Source of the DNA: Octopus bimaculoides
Taxonomy: Eukaryota
Assembly: GCF_001194135.2 (NCBI RefSeq)
Contig: NC_068991.1
Coordinates: 6,271,673 to 6,335,311 of the forward strand
Reading direction: 5' to 3'
Length of the DNA: 63,639 bases
The notes under the pieces were generated by a model that was not told the origin of the DNA, made no database searches, and saw nothing but the letters and a program-made list of their open reading frames with translations. The translations under genes and the position numbers were made by a program. Shown here in pieces: positions 39,301 through 49,692 of the stretch (position 1 is the stretch's first letter; each line of letters opens with the position of its first letter).

Positions 39301-42300
39301 TTGACCTCAGTGGAATTTGAACTCAGAATGAAAAGACAGATGAAACACCACGAAGCATTTTGCCTGCTGTGCTAATAATTCTACCAGCTTGCCACCTTAA
39401 TGATGACAATAATAATCCTTTCTGCTATAGGTACAAGGCCTGAAACTTGGTGGGAGGGGGCTAGTCGATTACATCGACCCCAGTGCATAACTGGTACTTA
39501 CTTTATTGAACCCGAAAGGATGAAAGGCGAAGTCGACTTTGGCAGAATTTGAACCCAGAATGTAAGGACAGATGAAATGCTGCTAAGCATTTTGCCCGGC
39601 GTGCTAACAATTTTGTCAGCTTGCCATCCTAATAAAAATAATAATGATCGTTTCTACTAAAGGCACAAGGCCTGAAATTTTGTGGAATTACATTGTCCCC
39701 AGTACTCAACTGCTATTTAATCGGCCCTGAAAGGGTGAAAGGCAAAGTCGACCTTGGTGGAATTTGAACTCAAAATGTAAGGATGGATGAAATGCCGCAA
39801 AGCATTTTGCCTGGCATTCTAATGATTCTGCCAACTCGCTACCATAATAATAACAATAATAATAATGACATCAATAATAATAATAATAATAATAATGACA
39901 ACAATAATGATGATATCAGTTTGTGGTCTAAACATCCCCACCTGCCCAGCTATACCATTGTTGCTAGAACCATCACCATTCAACTGTGACCATTGCCGCC
40001 ACCACCACTGCCTCCCATCACCTCCTTTACTGTTACTATCTCCAATTATACCTCTTCCCTAGCAGCTTCTTCTACACCATAATCACCATACACAGCAACA
40101 CTAAACCCACCTTTATTACCTCTTCACACATCACCATCAACAGCTGTCCATCACCTCAGACAGGTTGCCTGGACCAAGACCACTGTTTCTCTACAAGCAT
40201 TCCTGTCTTCTCTTTGTAACTCTACATCACAAGAGAGTTGATCAATGTACGTCATTCCGGGTCAACTGACATGAGAATTCCCATGGCTTGGAACCCACAG
40301 AAGGAGCTCACTCACCAATTCATCTTTGTTCCGATAGCAGTCACCAGCAAATCTTGTCCTCCACTCTCAAATGATTGATATTATGTTGTGGACATTTCCA
40401 TAAAGCTCTTCTTCCATTGGACATTGATTCCATGATTTACTGAGAACAGCATGTAACATGTGTGTGTAGGCCCCATGAAGCTTGCTATCTTTTTGTCAGA
40501 ATTCATACTGATGAACCATAAAGAACTGATTCTCCTATAGATCTGAAGAATCCCCTTTTCAAATGGTGTAGACTTCCAAATTATTCTTGATTTTTTTCAG
40601 TGTGTTCCATGCTTTTGCTAAGTGGATTAATACACTTTTTGTGGTGGATTAATTATTACTTCAGAGATAAGTGAACCATTTGACTTACTTCAGAGGTGTA
40701 CCAGTTAACAAGTTGATCTAACCAGAATATCAAGCTTTCCCCTTTGGGATGCCATTACAAGTTCATCCACACAATCTACACAAACCACCTCCCTCAATAC
40801 TCACACCACTAGGATATCTTCCTCCACCCCATTTCTAAGTCTGTATATCTGTGTTTCTACCTGGGTTCTCTATATAACTTAGATAATTACATACTACTTG
40901 GAAATATATTGTGTTGAAAGCACAACTGTGAATTAAACTTGTTAACACTTGGTCTTTGAGTTTGTTATTCTAAGTTGCCTGAGCATGTTTATATGAAGCT
41001 GTCATCCTGGGGAATATATATGCATACACACGTATATGCCCATACCAGTATAGCCTCTCTCTTGTAGACAACACATGTTATACACAGTATTTGCCAATTT
41101 TATTCATGCTCTACTATCCATGCATGCTAACATTACATATCCAATGGAGCGTACTAACCTCATTTCTTTCCAGTTTTAGCTTTTGCAAGTTTTCTGCATT
41201 CAAGGCCCATGTCTCACTACCATGCAGCATCACAATTCTAGCTTAAGCATCATACAATCTACCTTTCATTCTGACAAAAAAATGGCTTTAGTTGCCAGTA
41301 GACACAATTGTGCTATGAACTTTCTCAAACCCTTTCTTATTCTACCTACCCTACTTTCTGAAAAACCACCTCCTCTGCTCATGTCAATTACGTAACAGAT
41401 GGTATCAACTATTTCTTGTGAACCTGCCAAGCATTTAAGAACGTCCATTTCCAGTGAGCTCATACTGCATATACCATATACGAAGCATGCCATCTGTTTC
41501 TTGCCCCTGTGATTCCACTACATTTTATGCGTATCCTTAACTTAGAATATATCAGGCAAGGCAATTTTCCTGATAACACCAGGGTCATGTCTTCTTTATT
41601 TACTGTGATCCGTAGTTTTAGGAAAGTTTACCTTTTATAACCTTTTCATTCAGGTTTTGGTTATATGCCTGTATGAATGTGCACACACACAAGTGCATAT
41701 GGTTTAAAACTATTTATATATACATATATACACATGCAAACACATTTACACATGTACATATTCACTCACACATATACATACATCTATGTGTGTGTGTATG
41801 TGCGCATATGTAGATATATCCTTAAGTCTGAATATGTTTGCATAGGTGAAGCAAGTAGGTAATTAATTGACCTATCTTTGCATTTGTTTGTTTATGGTAT
41901 CAGCTGGATATCAAATATCACGGTAATTTTGGTTGGACGACAGACAAAGACTGGATGGGGGGGGGGTGTATGAATGAATTTATGCATTTATCTTTTATCT
42001 TTTACTTCTTTCAATCATTAGACTGCTGCGATGCTAGAGAATTGCCTTGAAAAATTCTTCGTTGAAAGAATCGATCACACTTTTTTTTTTCTCTATGCTT
42101 GGTATTTACTTTAGCAGTCTCTTTATGCCAAACTGCTAAGTTATGGGGATGTAAACACACCAACACCAGTTGTCAAATGGTGGCAGGGGACACACACACA
42201 TATGACGTTTTTTTTTTTTCAGTTACTGACTACCAAATCCACTTACAAGGTTTTGGTTGGCCTGAGGTTATAGGAGAAGACACTTGCCCACAGTGCCATG

Positions 42301-45172
42301 CAGTGGGACTGAACCTGGAACCATGTGGTTGGAGAGTAAGCTTCTTACCACAGAGCCATAAAAACAAAGTTAATATTCTATAGACACAGAGATTCCTCTC
42401 TGTTAAGACATTAATACACCAAAGCTGACACGGTACTGCTCCCAATCTCACACAAAACAGCCCACAACAGGCATCCTACTCATACATACAGATGAATACA
42501 TCATCATCATCACTTCATGTCCACTTTTCCATGCTTGCATGGGTCAGAAGGAGTTTATTGATGCAGATCGAATGCCCTTCCTGCCACCAACCCTCACCTG
42601 TTTCCTCCTGCCAGACATGTTTTTAGCAGAATATTGGAAATGAATGACAGTCATTCACAACAATTACACAATATCAAGACAAGGAGACACAAACAAACAT
42701 GCATATCCCCACCCTCACTTAATGTCCACTTTTCCATGCTTGCATGAGTTGGATAGAGTTTATCTGAAGCAGATTTTCTATGGACAGATACCCTTCCTGT
42801 TGCAAAGTGTCACATATTCCTGAGTGAAGTAATATTCCCCCATGGCCAGGCATGTTCCTGCAGAATACTAGAAATGAATGATACTACTTGTATGACAGTT
42901 ACCTTTATATATCTGAGTATTTGTACACATCTTCTTGCCTACTTGCATATGCCTGTCTCCACATATCAGCATCAAACTGCTCCTATACACCTGTGATACA
43001 TGCATGGGTACATTTTTGAGTATATTTAAATATATTACACATTTTCATCCGCTAGCTGTTCTTGTTCGTCAGTGTATCCACATACAAATATATAACTGTA
43101 TATATATATATATATATATAAATAAATATTTCTAAATTTCTCTAAAGGAGACTATGGCAGCGGTACTGGATATTAATAGTTATCGCCAAGCTAACATGGC
43201 AGTCCAGGAAAATAGGACGAATGCTGCCGTTGATTTGCTCCAAGAGGCCATCGCCTCTAGCTAGCTATGTGACACCTGAACCTGTGTCCGGTTATAATGG
43301 ACACAGGTTCATGTGTCACATAGCTAGCTAGAGGCGATGGCCTCATGGAGCTGGCTACAGAAACCATGGCAAAACAGGTGACTGGGGCCTGGTGCCACTC
43401 TCTGGCTTGCCAATTCCTGTCAAACTGTCCAACCCATGCCAGCATGGAAAATGAACATTAAATGATGATGATGATGGTTTCATGTAAAAGTTACACTTCC
43501 ATAAACAGCATGATTTTCAAACACGCTTAAATAGAAAAGTATAAATGTATATAATATCGAAGATTCTATTGAAATTACACCTATTCTATTTCTTTTTACT
43601 GAGTAAGCTATTCTTTCTCATCTATGAACCATTCCCAGACAATAATATTATACACACACAAAAGTGGCAAACTGGTAGAAACGTTAGCACGCCAGGTGAA
43701 ATGCTTAGCAGTGGTATTTCGTCTGTCTTTACATTCTGAGTTCAAATTCCGCTGAGGTCAACTTCGCCTTTCATCCTTTCGGGGTCGATAAATTAAGTAC
43801 CAGTTGCATACTGAGGTCGATCTAATCAACTGGCCCCCTCCCCAAAAATTTTGGGCCTTGTGCCTAGAGTAGAAAAAAATATTATACACACACACTTACA
43901 CATCCATCCGAACCATGCAATCATGGAAAAAGTGGACGTTACGTGACGATGGTGATGAATAAAAGTTGTTGGTAATGTACAAAGTGGTCAACATCTTCAT
44001 CATCGTTTTAACATCCGCTTTTCCACACTCGCACAGGATGGACAGAGCTTATTGTGGCAGATTTTCTACAGCCCTCCTGTCCTCAAACAAGGTATTATTC
44101 CCCCATGGCCAGACATATTTACACAAAATACTGAAAATGAATGACTACCTACTTCACAGTGACACTCATTTACAACTATGACGCAATGCCCAAACTAAAA
44201 GACACGCACACATCTCTCTCTCTTCGATATATATATATATATATATATATATANNNNNNNNNNNNNNNNNNNNNNNNNNNNNNNNNNNNNNNNNNNNNNN
44301 NNNNNNNNNNNNNNNNNNNNNNNNNNNNNNNNNNNNNNNNNNNNNNNNNNNNNNNNNNNNNNNNNNNNNNNNNNNNNNNNNNNNNNNNNNNNNNNNNNNN
44401 NNNNNNNNNNNNNNNNNNNNNNNNNNNNNNNNNNNNNNNNNNNNNNNNNNNNNNNNNNNNNNNNNNNNNNNNNNNNNNNNNNNNNNNNNNNNNNNNNNNN
44501 NNNNNNNNNNNNNNNNNNNNNNNNNNNNNNNNNNNNNNNNNNNNNNNNNNNNNNNNNNNNNNNNNNNNNNNNNNNNNNNNNNNNNNNNNNNNNNNNNNNN
44601 NNNNNNNNNNNNNNNNNNNNNNNNNNNNNNNNNNNNNNNNNNNNNNNNNNNNNNNNNNNNNNNNNNNNNNNNNNNNNNNNNNNNNNNNNNNNNNNNNNNN
44701 NNNNNNNNNNNNNNNNNNNNNNNNNNNNNNNNNNNNNNNNNNNNNNNNNNNNNNNNNNNNNNNNNNNNNNNNNNNNNNNNNNNNNNNNNNNNNNNNNNNN
44801 NNNNNNNNNNNNNNNNNNNNNNNNNNNNNNNNNNNNNNNNNNNNNNNNNNNNNNNNNNNNNNNNNNNNNNNNNNNNNNNNNNNNNNNNNNNNNNNNNNNN
44901 NNNNNNNNNNNNNNNNNNNNNNNNNNNNNNNNNNNNNNNNNNNNNNNNNNNNNNNNNNNNNNNNNNNNNNNNNNNNNNNNNNNNNNNNNNNNNNNNNNNN
45001 NNNNNNNNNNNNNNNNNNNNNNNNNNNNNNNNNNNNNNNNNNNNNNNNNNNNNNNNNNNNNNNNNNNNNNNNNNNNNNNNNNNTATATATATATATATAT
45101 ATATATACACACAAACACGGATACCATATAATTATATACACATACAGAAAAGTGCACAAGCATATTACCATG

Positions 45173-45216
<44 letters not shown>

Positions 45217-46565
45217 TCCTATGTTGTTTCAAAAAGCATATTTTTCATATTAATATATACATACATACACACAAAGTCACTCATCTATGTATACGGTATT
45301 CCGAGAAAAATTATCCTATTGTAATTAGAATTTCAGCAAACACAGTTAGTTGAACAGAAAAGAAAATATTAAAACAATTCTTTCTTCAAAGGTAAATATT
45401 TACTGTATAAAAACAGAATAGCGATTACATAAACAAAGAAATAAACAATAATATTTAAATTAGTTGAAAGCTCGAAACGAAAGAAATAATTGTGGGGAAA
45501 ATGGAAAAAAATAAGAAAAAGAAAATGGGGAAAAACACGTAACCTAATAAAATAAGAAACCATTGTACGAGTTTCTGATTGATTAAAGAACATATATATC
45601 TATAATTCATCGATAGTGGGAAAAATATAATCAATAGATTGACTTCTGCCGGATGATATTGTTAAATATTCCATTATTTCAAAGTGGATTTTAATGGTTT
45701 TTCCACAGCAAAGCAGTGTACAGCGTTAATACAGTGGACCCCCTCCCCCTCTTCACTGAAGATAGAGTCTCCTAACAAAGCATAATATTTTGAAAAAATA
45801 GGGTCCACCCTCGTACTGTTGATTTTTCTGACTGTCAGCGAGATCACTAAGTGATCGCTTTGCACACTAAATGTTATCATTCGGATGGAGATTTAAAGAA
45901 GGGACAAGGCATATCGTGCAGACAATATACACCACAAAAATACAAAATGATCGAGAGCGGGTTTAATATGTCGTCAACGAAGAAAGAAGTAGGAGATAGA
46001 AAATATATATAACTTATTTACGAGTTTGATTAACTGATTTTACTTATTTAATTTTTCATTTCTGTAACTTGGTGTCGTAGTTTTTGTAAATCAACATAAA
46101 CAAGTTAGAAAAAAATGGGAAAATATATGATATTATGTGAATAAGGTGCATTAGTGTAGTGGCGTGGGTGTAATTTTGGTTGCAACTATTGTGATCTGAC
46201 GACAAAACTAAAGAAATCAGTTTAAATTTAACAAGGATTTTCCAATTAAAATATTCACCTTCGACAAAGCAACAATAAATTCACGATTTAATAAAGAAAT
46301 GCAAGAAATGTGTTGAGCAAAGAGGAAGAATTTGTTGTTAGCTTTAATCAAACAATAGTAGCTGAAACTAGCGAACAGAATTCAACGTATCATTGATTTA
46401 AAAATACTAGTGAAGAAGACAAAAATGTATCGTATTTATTGCACTCACCTTTTTCATCTGGGAAACAGCCAGCTGCTCGTTGTTTTTAGTTGTACATTGT
46501 TCACTTAAATCGGCTTCCAATGAACTAGAAAACGACGAGCCCTCTCTTGGCTCATTAGAGGCCAT
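9049..46565 (-). CDS. PHF10: PHD finger protein 10 (BAF45a / SAYP-like PBAF subunit), multi-exon, ~2134 aa
   Basis: join(46449-46565, 33519-38416, 32764-32888, 32389-32472, 31078-31145, 30322-30390, 29124-29255, 28639-28748, 27677-27806, 27182-27331, 26244-26367, 19401-19513, 11572-11783, 9049-9121). All GT-AG, phases consistent. SAY motifs [27 protein letters not shown]; DPF motifs [18 protein letters not shown] and [18 protein letters not shown]. Confidence 0.93.
9160..9234. repeat. Compound (AAT)n(AT)n microsatellite
   Basis: Direct read. Confidence 0.95.
10003..10106. repeat. Purine-only minisatellite (~17-19 bp unit gagagagggaagagaaa)
   Basis: Direct read. Confidence 0.9.
10416..10858. 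other. Assembly gap (N)
   Basis: N run. Confidence 1.
10870..11052 (-). mobile_element. SINE family B 5' part
   Basis: agaagacacttgcccaaggttccacacagtaggactgaacc. Confidence 0.75.
11151..11490 (-). mobile_element. Mariner transposase 3' remnant with TIR
   Basis: [46 protein letters not shown]; TIR-like aaggtgtagtcaagaagtatccgac. Confidence 0.8.
11572..11783 (-). CDS. PHF10: PHF10 PHD2 exon plus Ser/Pro-rich tail
   Basis: [38 protein letters not shown]...; ttcttctag| acceptor; AG|GTACTC donor phase 2. Confidence 0.95.
11805..11965 (-). mobile_element. SINE family A copy (5'-truncated)
   Basis: gaccccagtactcaactggt...gaaaggcaaagtt. Confidence 0.75.
15430..15665 (-). mobile_element. SINE family A, diverged copy
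   Basis: ctggtactttatttattgaccccgaaagg. Confidence 0.6.
16815..17190 (+). mobile_element. SINE family B copy
   Basis: Same head, ccttggggcaagtgtc core and tail as 49693 copy. Confidence 0.8.
17649..17869. mobile_element. piggyBac-like MITE
   Basis: ccctttcgtt...aacgaaaggg termini followed by TTAA; diverged relative at ~1528-1755. Confidence 0.7.
18880..19260 (+). mobile_element. Decayed CR1/L2-type LINE 3' fragment
   Basis: [20 protein letters not shown] and KTRGDS (RTRGHS-like) motifs with frameshifts and stops. Confidence 0.55.
19401..19513 (-). CDS. PHF10: PHF10 PHD1 second half / PHD2 start
   Basis: [38 protein letters not shown]; ctctgcag| and GAG|GTAGGT. Confidence 0.96.
23205..23390 (-). 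mobile_element. SINE family A copy
   Basis: caattacatcgaccccagtac...gaactcagaac. Confidence 0.75.
24190..24544. other. Assembly gap (N)
   Basis: N run. Confidence 1.
24818..25550. mobile_element. Non-autonomous element with ~80-bp imperfect TIRs, flanked by (TA)n
   Basis: 24818-24903 is the reverse complement of 25467-25550; hAT MITE end nested at ~24935-25003. Confidence 0.7.
25652..25875. repeat. ~225-bp imperfect palindrome (fold-back MITE)
   Basis: Arms tacatgtatttaagcactactaatagtttc... and ...gaaactattagtagcacttaaatacatgta; ~16-nt loop. Confidence 0.85.
26244..26367 (-). CDS. PHF10: PHF10 PHD1 first half (alternative in-frame acceptor at 26346)
   Basis: [29 protein letters not shown]; G|GTAAGT donor phase 1. 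Confidence 0.88.
27182..27331 (-). CDS. PHF10: PHF10 acidic linker exon
   Basis: [50 protein letters not shown]; ttattatag| and GAG|GTATTG. Confidence 0.9.
27677..27806 (-). CDS. PHF10: PHF10 exon, end of SAY domain
   Basis: [19 protein letters not shown]...DNQD; gttcag| and GAT|GTAAGT. Confidence 0.93.
28002..28217. mobile_element. piggyBac-like MITE (second family)
   Basis: Ends aaatgctgaaagg|TTAA; inverted relative at 31555-31710 beginning TTAA|cccttcagcattt. Confidence 0.6.
28639..28748 (-). CDS. PHF10: PHF10 SAY-domain exon (not in ORF track)
   Basis: [37 protein letters not shown], matching PHF10 YPVALIPGQFQEYYKR. Confidence 0.93.
29124..29255 (-). CDS. PHF10: PHF10 SAY-domain exon
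   Basis: [44 protein letters not shown]; tttccag| and ATG|GTGAGT. Confidence 0.94.
29335..29490 (+). mobile_element. Family C repeat (RTE-like 3' tail ending in (GAT)n)
   Basis: ggttggcgttaggaagggcatccagc...ccaacccatgctagcatggaaagcggacgttaaacgatgatg; further copies near 9280-9600, 13650-13855, 43370-43475, 52060-52290, 56500-56620, 57235-57290. Confidence 0.8.
30322..30390 (-). CDS. PHF10: PHF10 exon
   Basis: [23 protein letters not shown]; ttaatag| and GTG|GTAAGC. Confidence 0.9.
30465..30668. mobile_element. hAT-type MITE with 8-bp TSD
   Basis: TIRs cagcatttctcagc / gttgagaaacacta; flanks gtctaaac / gtataaac (7 of 8 match). Confidence 0.8.
31078..31145 (-). CDS. PHF10: PHF10 SAY-domain exon
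   Basis: [23 protein letters not shown]; ttctatag| and CAG|GTGTG. Confidence 0.93.
31727..32060 (-). mobile_element. Family C repeat
   Basis: Reverse complement of 29335 copy plus longer 5' part. Confidence 0.8.
32389..32472 (-). CDS. PHF10: PHF10 SAY-domain exon
   Basis: [29 protein letters not shown]; tttctag| and G|GTAAA. Confidence 0.93.
32764..32888 (-). CDS. PHF10: PHF10 SAY-domain exon
   Basis: [41 protein letters not shown]; ttattaag| and G|GTAAG. Confidence 0.95.
33519..38416 (-). CDS. PHF10: PHF10 giant exon 2 (4898 bp), Ser/Gln/Asn/His-rich low-complexity region
   Basis: 1628-aa ORF; acceptor tctttatttag|ACA at 38416; donor CA|GTAAGT at 33519 (phase 2) joins SAY exon in frame. 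Confidence 0.9.
36152..36691 (-). repeat. Coding minisatellite, 18 x 30 bp (10-aa unit [10 protein letters not shown])
   Basis: Units cctgacacctgtgca(g/a)ggtgtgcagag... counted directly; degenerate copies continue on both sides. Confidence 0.95.
39015..39845 (-). mobile_element. Cluster of four head-to-tail SINE family A copies separated by (AAT)n
   Basis: Copies at ~39020-39165, 39185-39400, 39415-39625, 39650-39842. Confidence 0.85.
40130..40720 (-). mobile_element. RTE-clade LINE 3' ORF remnant
   Basis: [24 protein letters not shown]...TYIDQL, typical of RTE/RTE-X ORF2 C-terminus; left-to-right extent approximate. Confidence 0.75.
41990..42360 (-). mobile_element. SINE family B copy
   Basis: Reverse complement similarity to 49693 copy. 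Confidence 0.8.
43237..43351. repeat. Near-perfect 53-bp inverted repeat with 9-nt loop
   Basis: ctccaagaggccatcgcctctagctagctatgtgacacctgaacctgtgtcc / ggacacaggttcatgtgtcacatagctagctagaggcgatggcctcatggag, 2 mismatches. Confidence 0.95.
43661..43883 (+). mobile_element. tRNA-head SINE family A (central gaggtcgactttgcctttcatcctttcggggtcgataaa, Meta-domain-like)
   Basis: A/B-box-like head (gagttcaaattcc), conserved centre, AT-rich tail; >10 copies in window. Confidence 0.82.
44254..45083. other. Assembly gap (N) flanked by (TA)n
   Basis: N run. Confidence 1.
46449..46565 (-). CDS. PHF10: PHF10 candidate first coding exon ([20 protein letters not shown]...QMKK)
   Basis: ATG in aaca-ATG-G context, 39 open codons, AAG|GTGAGT donor phase 0 matches phase-0 acceptor at 38416; sits in CpG-retaining region. 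Confidence 0.75.
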
Positions 46566-46804
46566 TGTTGATGATTAACCACAAAATTACTTCCCTTGAT
46601 AGTTGCGTCTAGAATTCTTTTAACGAAAAGAACATCATGCTAGTTGGAAAAATACGATATAAAATAAGTTACATGCAGGCAAACTATTCTGCCGTACATT
46701 CTAATGTTTTTTTTTCTACCCACTTTTCATGAAAAGTAGTTTTAAAGAAAAACGATATCAATGTAACAAAGTGTAAAATGAAGGTAATGGGGGAAATAGT
46801 ATAC

Positions 46805-46817
46805 TGCCATCTATAGG
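46805..46817 (-). promoter_or_regulatory. CTCF-like motif (CCTATAGATGGCA) ~240 bp upstream of PHF10 ATG
   Basis: Resembles CTCF core CCACTAGATGGCA; single short match. Confidence 0.25.
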
Positions 46818-48149
46818 GAGAAAACGTAACAGAACCAAGGGGAGATAAGAGGCGTTATAACCAAATGACTAAGCGACTAAATTTGATTAAAAATAATTTT
46901 TCGACATTAATTAGTAATTATCATTCCATCCATGATGCAGCTTCCATATTTAAAATGAATCATAGCATTCTGATTTTTAATTATTTCCCATATACTAGAG
47001 GAGGAGAATTTCTTATTTCGGTTAAAAGCTTTAAAATTTCTATTCCATATGAAGAAATTTATTTGTCACTAACATAAATATACACAATTTTATTTGCTTC
47101 TATGTTTATCCATGTGCAACGAAAAGAATAAAAGACATCGTTTAATGAGAATAGAAAATAACATTAAAAAAAAAAAACTATTCTATGGTGTGTTTATAAA
47201 TACACATACGTTCCCACACTAACTTGATAAGCGAAATAAGAAATACGTAACGATCTGAAATTCGTTAGAATTAAAGCCAATAAAATATTTCTATGCGTGC
47301 TTAACCGTTATTAAGAATATTAAATTCTTTACATAAAGACATTTTGTCCAGATTTAACTAATAAATATTTTCTGTATCAGATATTCATTTGTTCATTAAG
47401 ACGAGAAGTTGTCGATGAAGACTAAATAAGGTTAAACAAAATGATAGAATTTGTTTTACAAAGAAAACAAATATATACATGAGCAATCGCCAGATTATTA
47501 ATCTGCAATAAACTAGTTGGAAATGAAGAATTCTTCGTATTTAAAGCAGAGGTCGAAAACGAGGCTACAGAAGTCTCCAACCCAAAATAATTTCAGGAAA
47601 ATTCAATCAGCTAGCTTTGCATATTGAGGAATACAAAGTCTTAATTGTGTGTTGTTCTGTACTCATGAATGGATCAGAAATGAAATATGTTTTTAAGGTC
47701 AGGGTTAAAAAAATAAAAAAATTCGTTTCCAATTTCTGTTAAATAAAAAAGAAAAATTTGAAATCTATTATTCTTTATTAACACTTGTTATCTTTTTCAT
47801 TGTTCATTTTATGCTAGTTTTTAGATAAATTTCAAAACATAATGCTTTAAATGGACTTTTTGAATTGGTTGAGAAAAGAAAATTTCAGATGTGTGAAAAC
47901 ATGGGTACTGGAAAAGAATCAGATGGGGTCCAATCAATATAGGGATGTAAACTGTTGTAGTTTGGATCTTGAAGCCCTTAACTAGTAAATAGCTTTCCTC
48001 AAATTTGAACTTGGAATGTTTAAATTCAAAAGCCAAAAACCACTGGCAAATAATATTACTAGAAAAAAATTAACATTGCTCAGTCAGTAGACTGCGCTAA
48101 TTCTTGAGGGTTGTACCTTTACATCCCTCTTTTGGCACATTCTTTGCTT

Positions 48150-48318
48150 ATAGGGATAGGCATGAATGTATGCTTAAGAAGCTTACTTTTCATTACTTTT
48201 CACCCATGTGGTTTCGGGTTCAGTCCCATTGCACAGTACCATGGGCAAGTGTCTTCTACAATAGCTCCAGGCTGACCAATGCTTTGTGAGTGGATTTTAT
48301 GGAAACTGTGTGGAAGCA
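48150..48318 (+). mobile_element. SINE family B 5' part
   Basis: cccatgtggtttcgggttcagtccc...gggcaagtgtcttctac. Confidence 0.7.
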
Positions 48319-48764
48319 GGTTCCCTACATTCAGAGCCCATGTCTCACTACTATGCAGCATTGCTGCTTGGGTACAAGCATCTTACAATCTGTCCTTCAT
48401 TCTGAGAGAGAGACATTTTGTTTCCAACAGAGATAATAACTCTCTGAACTTTCTCTATTCTGTTCTTATTCTAGAAACTATATCTTCAGAACATCCTCTT
48501 CCACTACTAATTAGGTCACCTAAGTAACAGAAACTATCTACTACCTCTAGGGAACTTCCTGGGCATTCAGGAAAATCTATTTCCTATGTGTTCATAATAT
48601 TTATTGCTCCTACATATCTGCCACATACAAAGTTTATTTTCTCTGTTAACCTTCCTTGATTCCACTGCGTTTCTTGTTTGTTCATTGCTCACACTGAGTG
48701 CACTGTATGGAATTTCTACCGAGATCATTTCTATGTATCAAGCAGAACCTTTCTCAAATATATA

Positions 48765-49380
48765 CAGGGTGTGGTGAATATATTGTCGTCTAAATTACAC
48801 AAAAATGAAAATAATACTGACATCTCATTTTAACAGATATATTTACCAAAATGACACAAAAATATCTTGAAATACCAAAGAATAACTTTATTCAATAATA
48901 TCACCATTGGCTTCAACGGCCTCCAGATTACTTCAGAATCTCCTGCAACTCTTCTGGACGGTCTCCTTGTTTAAGTTGGTGAATGCTGTCATAATCCTTG
49001 CCTTCAGTTCATCTTTGGTGTTGCAAGGAGTTTTGTTGGTCTCTCGCTCAATTTTGCCCATTACATAATAATCAAGGGTGTTGCAGTCTGGGGAGTTAGG
49101 TGGCCAGATGTTAGGGTTGATGTGGTCGCAGAAATTGTCTCATAGCCATGACTGGGTTCTTCTGCTTGTGTGGCATGGTGCAGAGTTCTGTTGCCAGACA
49201 TAGGGTCTTCCAGCAGCCAGCCCCTTGATCCAGGGCAGCACTACCTCCTCCAGGTACTTGATGTAGGCTCCCGTGTTGAATCTGAGGCCATGTGGGAAGA
49301 TGAATGGAGGCATAACATCGCCATCACTAGTGATCATTCTAAACACCATGATGTTGACTGGGTGTTTGATTTTTGTCACT
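48765..49380 (-). mobile_element. Tc1/mariner DD37D (maT-type) transposon 3' remnant
   Basis: TA|cagggtg TIR; decayed transposase MVF..ITSDG..MPPFIF...WQQ(N)SAPCH...WPPNSPDCNTLDYYV...ANGDIIE*; 37 residues between second and third catalytic positions. Confidence 0.88.
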
Positions 49381-49692
49381 CTTGGTACATGTTCTCAGAT
49401 TGACATCTAAATACTCTGAAATGTCCATATTAGAGCTTCTGGCATGAATGCCAAACAGTACAGCATGTCATTTCCAAATTTCTAACAGGTTCGTGTGTCA
49501 CATAGCGATGGCCTCTTGGAGCTAGCTTGCAGAAACCATGCCAAAACAGGCGACTGAGGCCTGGTGCCACTTTCTGGCATGTTAATGCTACATGTTTAAA
49601 ACAAAGTGGTCAAGCCCCACCCCAATATATAGGTTTGGAATTACAAATAAGACAAATAATACTCAACTCACAAAGTAGAGCTTATATATATA

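Larger units (their letters stand above)
45300..47600 (-). promoter_or_regulatory. CpG-retaining region around PHF10 exon 1, probable promoter
   Basis: CpG visibly more frequent than in internal introns; surrounds first ATG exon; not quantified. Confidence 0.5.

Noticed and set aside
43661-43760. tRNA-like A/B boxes at SINE heads
   Set aside because: Parts of SINEs; no complete cloverleaf.
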